Positions 55,967-64,000 of a stretch of 64,000 nucleotides of DNA are shown here, in pieces. The notes under the pieces are model-generated. The model ran no database searches. It was not told the DNA's origin and saw nothing but the letters and a program-made list of their open reading frames with translations. The translations under genes were made by a program, and so were the position numbers. Origin of the DNA: a virus. Position 1 is the stretch's first letter. Every line of letters starts with the position of its first letter. The stretch lies in the IMG/VR virus record IMGVR_UViG_3300020463_002440, positions 1 through 64,000 of that record; one strand, written 5' to 3'.

Positions 55967-56962
55967 TTAATTATTCTTTTTTCTAGTGTTGAAAGCTTCA
56001 ACAAGAGCATTAATAGAAGTGTGCTCAGAAGCTGGTTTAGTTGCTTCCTGTTCTTCTAGAATAATTTCATCGTTTTCTTCTTGAACATCCTTATTTTCTA
56101 CAATAGGTTTGTCGCTGAAGAACGATTCCTTAATTACTTGAAGATTTTCAGTATAAGACTCAAGATCTTCAATATCAAGCTTTTCAGACAATACTTTCAA
56201 ACGCTCTACCTGATTTTCAGATAAACCTTCTGCTAGTTTGTCAAATTCCTGTCCTGCCTTATAGGTTGAAATTTCTTTCGCAAGCTCAATATTTTCATTT
56301 ACTAAATTATTAGCTTTACCTTCTAAGTCAGAGACCTGTGTTTCTAAGTTTTGAACAACATCAACAGTTTCTTCCGAAACGTTAACATTATGTTCTACGA
56401 ATAAGTTCTTTAGACCTGACATTAATGATTCAGCCATCTCAACCTTAATTCCAGATTCGATTGCTATTTCATTCTCGCCCATCCACTCAGTTACAACGTA
56501 ATCTAAATACTTATCAACATTCTCAGTAATTGATTCTAATTTCTCAGAAACAGTTTCTTCCAATGCTTCGTCTAAAGATTTTGTTAACTCTTCGCGAATT
56601 GTTTCAGTCTGCTTTGCGACTTCTTCGTTTAATGCGGCTTCAAATACTAAAGATATTTTAGATTTGAATTCTTCTGATAATTCTTCGCCTTCGATGATTG
56701 ACTCTATTGAAGATTCTACAACAACCTCTTCGATTGTTTCGACTTCTTCAGTTTCAACTTCTGACTCTTCAGCTGTTGGGACAGGTTTGCCAGCATCACC
56801 TTGTGCAGGTGTTACTTTCTTCGCGTCTACAGCTCCTTTAGGCTCATCAGTTGTAGTCTTTTTCAGCTTATCCTTTTTGCCTTCACCACCCTCAGGTGCT
56901 ACAGCATCAGGTACACTAGAGATACCATCATCAGCAACGAATTTTTCTTCTACGTTTGCCAT
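55967..56962 (-). CDS. gp22: Prohead core scaffold protein (gp22)
   Basis: LSEEFK.K...VFEAA, VDKYLDYV..EW..EN, LF.EHN; synteny. Confidence 0.9.
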   Translation of the reverse strand: MANVEEKFVADDGISSVPDAVAPEGGEGKKDKLKKTTTDEPKGAVDAKKVTPAQGDAGKPVPTAEESEVETEEVETIEEVVVESSIESIIEGEELSEEFKSKISLVFEAALNEEVAKQTETIREELTKSLDEALEETVSEKLESITENVDKYLDYVVTEWMGENEIAIESGIKVEMAESLMSGLKNLFVEHNVNVSEETVDVVQNLETQVSDLEGKANNLVNENIELAKEISTYKAGQEFDKLAEGLSENQVERLKVLSEKLDIEDLESYTENLQVIKESFFSDKPIVENKDVQEENDEIILEEQEATKPASEHTSINALVEAFNTRKKNN

Positions 56963-57025
56963 TATTTTCTCCTTTAAATTTGTTTTTAATTTACAAATAT
57001 CTAATTATAATAAACTTGTCTATTT

Positions 57026-57033
57026 TATTTATA
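57026..57033 (-). promoter_or_regulatory. T4-type late promoter
   Basis: TATAAATA upstream of gp22. Confidence 0.75.
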
Positions 57034-57038
57034 AAAAG

Positions 57039-57713
57039 TTAGTTTCTCAAAGAACGAACGAATGTTTCAAACATTCTTGTTGCCGTTGCTTCATCAATAG
57101 TTTTTACTACTGTTCTATATTGCTTCTCTACAGTTTCTTGGATTTGTTCAACAACCTGAGTTGCTTTCCAATTACCAGAAGCTATATCGTAGTAATACTC
57201 TACGTTCTCCATGATTCCATTTACGAACGCGTTTGGTGCTGAAGGGTCAGTAACAATATCAACAGTAGAAAGGTGGAAATCCTTTTGCACTTCCATTACT
57301 CCATCTCTACCTGCCTTGACCGAACCAAGACCTCGAGTCGAAACTCCAATCTTTACTCCTTCGTCTAATAGGCTTTTAACGATTTCCCCCATAGGTGTTG
57401 ATAAGATCTTTGCCTTACCATAAAAATCGTTTTCATCGCGTCTCATTTCAGTAATTAAATGTGAAACACGATCCCCATTGATCTGCGGACCATCGGGGTG
57501 ACCTAGTTCTCCAAGTGCACGTTTAGTATCAATAAATTCTTTTTGATAACGAGCCATCTCGCTTTCTAACGTTTTACTTGGATAAATTCTTCCGTTGCGA
57601 TTCTTGATATCTCCTTGCATAAAGATACCTTCAATAAAGTAATTCTTTTTACCGTCTTCTTTAGCTTCGGTAATTACTTCGCAACCTTCTGTATATTCTG
57701 TTATTAAGTTCAT
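57039..57713 (-). CDS. gp21: Prohead protease (gp21)
   Basis: IEGIFMQ..NRNGRIYP, GELGHP, GVSTRGLGS, D.V.DPSAP.A. Confidence 0.95.
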   Translation of the reverse strand: MNLITEYTEGCEVITEAKEDGKKNYFIEGIFMQGDIKNRNGRIYPSKTLESEMARYQKEFIDTKRALGELGHPDGPQINGDRVSHLITEMRRDENDFYGKAKILSTPMGEIVKSLLDEGVKIGVSTRGLGSVKAGRDGVMEVQKDFHLSTVDIVTDPSAPNAFVNGIMENVEYYYDIASGNWKATQVVEQIQETVEKQYRTVVKTIDEATATRMFETFVRSLRN

Positions 57714-57733
57714 ATGTTTTTCCTATTAAAACC

Positions 57734-57741
57734 TATTTATA
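57734..57741 (-). promoter_or_regulatory. T4-type late promoter
   Basis: TATAAATA upstream of gp21. Confidence 0.7.
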
Positions 57742-58732
57742 AGTTTTCTTTAGCAAATGTAAGAATTTCATTATATCCTGCTTCATCAGTGGTCATAACA
57801 TTCCACATTTCTTTTGCATTTGTTTCGGTCAACTCTTCAAACATTTTGTTTAATAAATTTGCATCTTCTTCTGTTATTTCAACTGAAGATGTGTTATTCA
57901 ATTCAAACATTCCTGCTTCAATTGATTCGCCATATCCTGCCTTAGCAAATATCTTTGCAGCACCCATTGGACGACCGCTTACCATTTGCTCACCTTTGCT
58001 ATATGCATAAAGTGATTTAACATTCGAGAATACTTCTGCTAATTTGTTTTGCCACCATTCTTCAGGATCTACACCTTCTCCAAGGTATTCACCGATTTCC
58101 TGAGATGCATAACAAATAAACTCTAACTGTTTCATCATCATTGGAATTTCTTGTTGGGGACTCTCAAGAAGTTCTTCCTCTGTAGAAACTTTGCTTAACA
58201 TTTCTTTAAACGTTAGGCTTATTGTTTTACCATTTGAATCTTTTATAGTAACTTGACTTGGTTTAGGCTTTGCTACTTTAGGCTGTTTATCTAAAGTATC
58301 AGCCGCATCAGTATGGTCTGCTTCTTTCTTTTCTTTTTCTTCAGGTTTCTTTTCAGCAGCTACTAATTCGCCTTCTTCCATTGAGTCATCTTTCTTTTTC
58401 TTATTTTCAGTCTTCTTTTTATTGACTCCTAGAATTTCAGTAATAGATTTTTTAATCTCTACTTCTTCTTTAGCAACTTGTTTACCTGCACCTGCACGTT
58501 GAGGTAGCGTTTGTGCTACTTTATTTTTGTATGCTTTATCGTAATCAGCTTCATCGTTAACCTTGTCAGCTTGACGTTTACCGTCAACCATGCCAGGTAT
58601 TTCACCAGTAAAAACGTGATCAGGAGCAACAGGATGAGGTATCACCTCAATTGTATGCTGATCCTTAAAGCGCTTTTCTTCGGGAGCTTTTGGTTGGGCA
58701 ACTTCCGAAACTAGATCTTTAAAATTTTTCAT
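57737..58732 (-). CDS. Putative prohead core protein (in the gp67/68 position)
   Basis: Between gp20 and gp21; charged; MKNFKDLVSE N-terminus. Confidence 0.6.
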   Translation of the reverse strand: MKNFKDLVSEVAQPKAPEEKRFKDQHTIEVIPHPVAPDHVFTGEIPGMVDGKRQADKVNDEADYDKAYKNKVAQTLPQRAGAGKQVAKEEVEIKKSITEILGVNKKKTENKKKKDDSMEEGELVAAEKKPEEKEKKEADHTDAADTLDKQPKVAKPKPSQVTIKDSNGKTISLTFKEMLSKVSTEEELLESPQQEIPMMMKQLEFICYASQEIGEYLGEGVDPEEWWQNKLAEVFSNVKSLYAYSKGEQMVSGRPMGAAKIFAKAGYGESIEAGMFELNNTSSVEITEEDANLLNKMFEELTETNAKEMWNVMTTDEAGYNEILTFAKENL

Positions 58733-58763
58733 ATTTAGTCCCTAATGTTTAATTTATATTACC

Positions 58764-58771
58764 TATTTATA
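58764..58771 (-). promoter_or_regulatory. T4-type late promoter
   Basis: TATAAATA. Confidence 0.7.
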
Positions 58772-60295
58772 TTAAAAAGGATTATCATCGTCTTCGTGAC
58801 CACCTTGCGCCTTTTCATCTGCAATCTGGTCTTCCATTGTTTGCTGATCTTCGTCAGACATTTGAAGAACATTACGTGTAATCCACTGATGAGAGAAATA
58901 CTTTCCAGTATAATCTGATATATCTCTGAGAGTATTCAATCGTTCTCTCAAAATTTCAGCTTCTTTCAATTCTTCAAAATAATTGTCTTTAACAAAATCA
59001 TATCTTAAATCGTTTCTAATTTCGTTAAACTCTTCAGGTGTTAATATACCTTTGAGTACTAACTGTTTTTCTAAAACGACATTAAACAAAAATGAAAAAC
59101 GAGTTCTAATTCTTCTAATAAATTTGCCAAACTTCAATTCATCTCTTGTTATCTCTGAAGTTCTACCAAAGGTTGCCATTGCTTCTGGCTCTAAACGAGT
59201 TAAAGGTACTTTCAACGCCTTATATAATTTACGTTGAAAATACTCTAAGTTTTCGTTTCCACTCAAACCTGGTGCATTACCACCAGCTAAAGTATCTACC
59301 TCTGTTGATCTTTCTCCACCTCTACGAGGGAACCAAAAATCTTCAGTCATTGTTAACATTTTTCTGGCATCGGTAATTTCACCTGTACCTGAATTATATT
59401 GTAATTTGTTTTTATGGCGAGCCATCATATCTCTAAGATATTGCTCTGCCTTATTCTTTGGCAAATTACCTACATCAATATAAAAAATCCTTCTTTCCGG
59501 TGCTCTTGTTAACGTGTATATAACAACAGCATCTTCCAACATACGAAGTTGATTTAACGCCTTCGTTGCTGGATGTAAATGAGATAATACCAAACTGTTA
59601 TTCTCATTCATCAAGCCTGAAGTTACTCTACCTATAGAGTCCTTCGCAATTTTTATTCCTGATGTACTTGTGGAGCCACCGGCTCCTGTACCTGCGTTCT
59701 GAAACCCAGTTTCAGAATACATATAATATTCATTCTTAACTTTCTTAACTGGTACGCCAGAATGTTTATCTTTCTGTTTCTTATCAACTTCTCGAATTAA
59801 CTTTAGTTTTCGAGGATCAACATATCTTAATTCAACTACACCTTTCTTTATGTCTTCAGGATCAATTATAATATGATAATTTAATCTTCCATCAACATAA
59901 AATTTTGAAAACATATCATATGCATTGTTTGTAAAATCAAATAATGCAAGTATACTATCAAATTCCTTAACAATTGTCTTCTTTACTTTATCAGGTAAAT
60001 CGGTTTCTCCTAATGAGATCTCAACCACCCTATCATCTGTATTAACACTAATTGCTTCGTTCACAATGTCATCGAGAGCCTGACTTATTTCAGGTTGCAT
60101 TGCCATGTGACGATATTTTGTAATAAGTTCAGATTCTGATTTAGCAGAACCTTCCATATCCAAAATTGTATTATAAAATCCACCAAGAGCATTACCAACG
60201 GTAATTGCTCCATCTTCATTAGAGGGTTCGGCGAAGGAGACCGGTAATGTGGTCTCTTCCTCTGCCCTCTTTATATCAAAGCCAAAAATTTTCAA
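58772..60295 (-). CDS. gp20: Portal protein (gp20)
   Basis: RAPERRIFYIDVGNLPK.KAEQY, EDFW.PRR.G, ITRDELKF. Confidence 0.96.
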   Translation of the reverse strand: MKIFGFDIKRAEEETTLPVSFAEPSNEDGAITVGNALGGFYNTILDMEGSAKSESELITKYRHMAMQPEISQALDDIVNEAISVNTDDRVVEISLGETDLPDKVKKTIVKEFDSILALFDFTNNAYDMFSKFYVDGRLNYHIIIDPEDIKKGVVELRYVDPRKLKLIREVDKKQKDKHSGVPVKKVKNEYYMYSETGFQNAGTGAGGSTSTSGIKIAKDSIGRVTSGLMNENNSLVLSHLHPATKALNQLRMLEDAVVIYTLTRAPERRIFYIDVGNLPKNKAEQYLRDMMARHKNKLQYNSGTGEITDARKMLTMTEDFWFPRRGGERSTEVDTLAGGNAPGLSGNENLEYFQRKLYKALKVPLTRLEPEAMATFGRTSEITRDELKFGKFIRRIRTRFSFLFNVVLEKQLVLKGILTPEEFNEIRNDLRYDFVKDNYFEELKEAEILRERLNTLRDISDYTGKYFSHQWITRNVLQMSDEDQQTMEDQIADEKAQGGHEDDDNPF

Positions 60296-60311
60296 AATAT
60301 CACCTATTTAA

Positions 60312-60845
60312 TTATGTAGTTGGAATACCGGTTGCGCCTTCAACTTTCCATAAGTCGTATTCAAAGGTACAACTAAATTCCTGAATTGCGTCATTAGTTG
60401 ACCAATCCATTGCGATCTGTCCCAAACTTGTTGGGAACAAACCTTCAAACACGTATGTTCTAATTGGATCACCACCTTTACTGTATTGAGTAATCAATGC
60501 GTTAGACTTATAGTCTCCAGGTAATGCACGTGTATTTGAATCATGCGAATTTAATGCATTCATCCACGCTTCCAACGAGTTACGTACTAAGAAATCCTCA
60601 TCATTAATGATAGTAACTTCCCATGATGCAAATGTTCTATCACCAGAATATTTAACCTGTCTTCCAAAATATGGAACCGTGAATGATGCAACATCCGACG
60701 CAGGTAACCCTGCTGTCTTAATCATAAACGGCGCCTTAAAATCAGCCGAAGGATCTACTGGGTTGAGAATTTGCACTTGGAAAAGGTTAGCACGAGCGCC
60801 GCCACCAACTAATTGGGACTTAAACTCATTTATATTAAATGCCAT
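60312..60845 (-). CDS. gp19: Tail tube protein (gp19)
   Basis: GGAR.NLF, GDRTF..W.VTIINDEDF. Confidence 0.92.
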   Translation of the reverse strand: MAFNINEFKSQLVGGGARANLFQVQILNPVDPSADFKAPFMIKTAGLPASDVASFTVPYFGRQVKYSGDRTFASWEVTIINDEDFLVRNSLEAWMNALNSHDSNTRALPGDYKSNALITQYSKGGDPIRTYVFEGLFPTSLGQIAMDWSTNDAIQEFSCTFEYDLWKVEGATGIPTT

Positions 60846-60868
60846 TCTTATTCTCCTTTATTTAAAAA

Positions 60869-60876
60869 TATTTATA
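60869..60876 (-). promoter_or_regulatory. T4-type late promoter
   Basis: TATAAATA upstream of gp19. Confidence 0.7.
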
Positions 60877-60879
60877 CTG

Positions 60880-62802
60880 TTAGAGCGATCCAACAATTTC
60901 TTCAAACTCAACCCCGCTTCTTGTAGCAACAAAGGTCAGTTCAATTACATTAATTGAACGCGCAGGCTTAATAAAGATATTAGCTCTGAACTTACTTTGA
61001 TCTACAATTGCTGGTGTATTAACTGTTTCATCAGAAACTACTCTGAAATCAATAATACCGCGTCTGCCTTGAATATCTCTCAAGAATGGTTCAACAATTC
61101 CTTTGAACTGAGCTTGAGTAAATTCATCGTTCATTTCAAATAAGAACGATTGAGCAGCATTTGCGATTGCTTTTTCAACTGATATAAACAGTCTTCTAAC
61201 ATTTATTCTATCAAATGCACTGTTCTGACCTAATCCAGTCTTATCACCAAATAGAACAATTCCTTGTCCTACTTGACTCATTACTGGGTTAACTTCAGAG
61301 CTGTATAGTTGATCTCTTTGAGTTTTGTTAGGATTAAAAGCAAGCTTTACTACATTCTTGATTACACCCTTACGGAAACCTGCTGGACTTTCAAAAGGTT
61401 CAACTCTTGAATTAAGACCTGCGATATCACCGTTGAGTGGAGTATATCTATATACATCGTTGTATCTGTCGTATCTATATTTGTAACCTGAATCCATTAC
61501 ATAGTATGAAGAACTAGGTAGTGCATTCTTATATGCGATTACATTTGCTAATTTAGTTTCAGTTTTGCTTTCGTCAACAACATCAGATTTAGCAGGCGAA
61601 ATAAACGCAATTGCGTCCTTTCTGAAATCTGCAATATTTGATATGAGGTATGTAGCAAGATTACCTGAATCATCACCTTTACCTTGTAGTATGAAAGAAA
61701 CATCAATTTCATTTGAACTCTTAAACAAATCGTATCCTGCAGCGAGATCTGCCAACGTTGCCGCTGATTCAGTTCTACCTGCTGTTCCACTTGCTAATGA
61801 TTCATATTCTTTTGTTTTACCTTCAAAATGAGCAGTGTTAGCAACTACAACCCAAGATGAATCTTGTTCTATAACTTCTTTATAGTAATTAGTTTTACCA
61901 TTTGCTAGTTTTGCGCTTGCTGATACTGATACATCGGTGTATGCTTCTAATAGAGTACCTGCAGTTCCACTTACCAATCCATCTTCATCAATAACGGCAA
62001 TATGATAGTTGCCTGCTTGAGGAGCTTTGCCAAATGATCCAGATAATCCCCATTTCTTTTCAATGGAAAGTTTATTTAAATCAGTTTCGGCAAGTCGGAA
62101 GTTTTGACCTAACGATACTGTATAGTGGTATGCTGTTGTTAATACTGTGTTAGCAGTAGGATCACCTGCGGCATCTCGAGCTTCTTCTGAAATTGAAGAT
62201 ACTGGGATCGTTTGGAATCCAACTGATTCGTTACCGATTACAAATAAATCGCCACTGGCGACATCTGCAACTGTAATTCTTTTTGCTGGTGCAACTTCAA
62301 AGTTAATTGAAGAAGCGTTAAAAGTAGTTGTTTGATTAGTGTTTTGCTCGACACTGTTTCCACTTATTCTTGTTGATGGAATGTCACCTACAACAATAAT
62401 GTCTTGAGCGAAGTTAGTATCTTTAACATATGCAACTTCTATTGAATTACCAAGATCTCCAGGATACTTAGCGTCAAATGAACCGAATGTATGTAATGCA
62501 CTGTTAGCATTAGTAGTATCGGATGCTGAAGCAGTAGTTGCGCCGTTATCGACACGAGCTACATACAAAGCATTTGCGTATGAAAGATAATCTGCTGCTA
62601 CAAAGAACGTTTCATAGTTATCGTTATCAGGTGTACTGAAACGGTTTACTAATTCATTCTCTGAAGAAACAAGTACTGCCTCGCCAACAGGACCCCATCT
62701 AAAAACACCAGCTACTGCTGCAGGCGGCGTTGCGATGGCAGGAACCGATGCTGATGCGTCCACCTCTCGAACAATTACGGAAGGACTTACGGAAAAAGCC
62801 AT
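60880..62802 (-). CDS. gp18: Tail sheath protein (gp18)
   Basis: SP.V.VREVD, F.WGP, SPAG..G, FDRINVRRLF, IKPARSIN. Confidence 0.95.
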   Translation of the reverse strand: MAFSVSPSVIVREVDASASVPAIATPPAAVAGVFRWGPVGEAVLVSSENELVNRFSTPDNDNYETFFVAADYLSYANALYVARVDNGATTASASDTTNANSALHTFGSFDAKYPGDLGNSIEVAYVKDTNFAQDIIVVGDIPSTRISGNSVEQNTNQTTTFNASSINFEVAPAKRITVADVASGDLFVIGNESVGFQTIPVSSISEEARDAAGDPTANTVLTTAYHYTVSLGQNFRLAETDLNKLSIEKKWGLSGSFGKAPQAGNYHIAVIDEDGLVSGTAGTLLEAYTDVSVSASAKLANGKTNYYKEVIEQDSSWVVVANTAHFEGKTKEYESLASGTAGRTESAATLADLAAGYDLFKSSNEIDVSFILQGKGDDSGNLATYLISNIADFRKDAIAFISPAKSDVVDESKTETKLANVIAYKNALPSSSYYVMDSGYKYRYDRYNDVYRYTPLNGDIAGLNSRVEPFESPAGFRKGVIKNVVKLAFNPNKTQRDQLYSSEVNPVMSQVGQGIVLFGDKTGLGQNSAFDRINVRRLFISVEKAIANAAQSFLFEMNDEFTQAQFKGIVEPFLRDIQGRRGIIDFRVVSDETVNTPAIVDQSKFRANIFIKPARSINVIELTFVATRSGVEFEEIVGSL

Positions 62803-62866
62803 ATTATTCTCCTTTAAATTATTATCTATTTAAAACCTATTTTTTAATTTATAGTTATCACAGTTT

Positions 62867-62874
62867 TATTTATA
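62867..62874 (-). promoter_or_regulatory. T4-type late promoter
   Basis: TATAAATA upstream of gp18. Confidence 0.75.
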
Positions 62875-62881
62875 AAAATTT

Positions 62882-64000
62882 CTATATCTCAAAACTTCTT
62901 TGAGGATATTCTATCCAGCCTTGGTCATCGGCCATAGGATCCCCTGTATCAATAAAGCCAAAAGGTAGCAATTCTTCATCAAGCTGTTGTTCTGTTTTTT
63001 CTTTTAAAGCTGCTAATGTATTAATATCTGTAAGTTCTCTAAAGAACCTTTGGTCTGATAACCAAGCAAATAAAACCAAATTCATGGCGAGATCATCATG
63101 TGTTCCCGCTTCAGCCTCATAAGAATTACCCTTTTTACTAAATCGTGATAACTCCTGTATCGTATTATAATCTTGTATTATTAACTGATTTTGTTCAATT
63201 AATAACTTCAAAATAGAACAACCTTTAGATTTTACACTTTTTGTTGTTCGTATTCCATGATCTGCACGCTTCCCTCCAAAACCACTTGAAACTTGCTTGC
63301 CAGCTCGGCCTGCGTTTTCTGTGAAGAGAAGATTCTCATAGCCGTAGTCCATTAAGAGTACATCAGCGACTTGTTCCCCGATGTCATTTATCTCAATTAA
63401 GATAGCACTCTCATTATACATCAGCCCTATTCTATATATAACGGAGGCAAAGTCTACTGGACTTATAGTATTATCCTGAAAGCAACAAACTTGTTTATAC
63501 GGCATTTCTGTTACATCAAACATTGTAAAGGTTGAATAATCTAATCCTTTACCTCTTGATACATCAACCGTCATTACATACGAGTTTCCCGGCTCCACTT
63601 TTTCGTATTGTGTTACATTTTCACTTTCAGCTATTGGGCGTGAAGGAGCAAGTTCCTTTAATTTTGCTCCACTTATAAGAGTTCCTGAACTGCCTAAAAA
63701 TTGACAGCAGTACTCTTGATTAAATTTTTCTTGGTCAAAGTCTAATGCTTCTAATGTTTCATCTTTCCATTGGTCATCTCTACCAGGAACATCATACCAC
63801 ATAACCTCAACATATTCATATCCATTCGTTCCTTCTTTAGCACCCTTACATGTCTTCCAAAAGTGGTTTAAACCATTAGGAGTAGAAGTCATTAATAGTT
63901 TTGTACTTTTTCCTGATGAAATTGTTGGATAAACAGAAGCAAAGAATTCATCAAAGCCTTCAATAAATGCAACCTCATCAAGATATAGAAAAGATATAGA
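62882..64000 (-). CDS. gp17: Terminase large subunit (gp17), 5' part outside window
   Basis: Frame stays open past the ORF-track start: LYLDEVAF (Walker B), PTISSG, STPNG, DVSRG.G.DYS, HDDL. Confidence 0.95.
   Translation of the reverse strand, partial: SISFLYLDEVAFIEGFDEFFASVYPTISSGKSTKLLMTSTPNGLNHFWKTCKGAKEGTNGYEYVEVMWYDVPGRDDQWKDETLEALDFDQEKFNQEYCCQFLGSSGTLISGAKLKELAPSRPIAESENVTQYEKVEPGNSYVMTVDVSRGKGLDYSTFTMFDVTEMPYKQVCCFQDNTISPVDFASVIYRIGLMYNESAILIEINDIGEQVADVLLMDYGYENLLFTENAGRAGKQVSSGFGGKRADHGIRTTKSVKSKGCSILKLLIEQNQLIIQDYNTIQELSRFSKKGNSYEAEAGTHDDLAMNLVLFAWLSDQRFFRELTDINTLAALKEKTEQQLDEELLPFGFIDTGDPMADDQGWIEYPQRSFEI

Noticed and set aside
11076-64000. Introns, inteins, homing endonucleases or stop-codon recoding in nrdA, nrdB, gp23, gp20 or gp17
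   Set aside because: Core genes are uninterrupted and of normal length under the standard code; TAA, TAG and TGA all end genes.

Overview
An AT-rich 64 kb segment of a large T4-like myophage genome, probably marine. The host is probably proteobacterial; its IscU, ferredoxin and bS21 look gamma/beta-type, which is an inference. Plus strand, 1-40.6 kb: putative head-internal proteins, a RimK-protease fusion, a lysis cassette (lysozyme, spanins), primase, ThyX, NrdAB, many auxiliary metabolic genes (pyrD, hemA, glyA, iscU, ybaN, rpsU, phoH, alarmone hydrolase), ligase, RNase H, glycosyltransferases, and a hypervariable early region driven by repeated sigma70-type promoters. Minus strand, 40.7-49.4 kb: one late-promoter operon with CsgF/CsgG, two curlin-like proteins, FecR, HemE, a CHASE2 adenylate cyclase and a ferredoxin. 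Plus strand, 49.7-54.5 kb: early genes, a ~680-nt structured non-coding RNA and hemC. Minus strand, 54.6-64 kb: the core T4 head/tail module (gp23, 22, 21, core, 20, 19, 18, 17). The most notable unexplained signals are two promoter-driven structured ncRNAs (a ~136-nt 6S-like rod and a large ornate RNA), a Shemin-pathway heme gene set that could be coupled to ThyX/GlyA, and the curli-FecR-cyclase operon. No tRNA, rRNA, CRISPR array, intron or intein was seen. All calls come from reading motifs by eye; no database searches were run.
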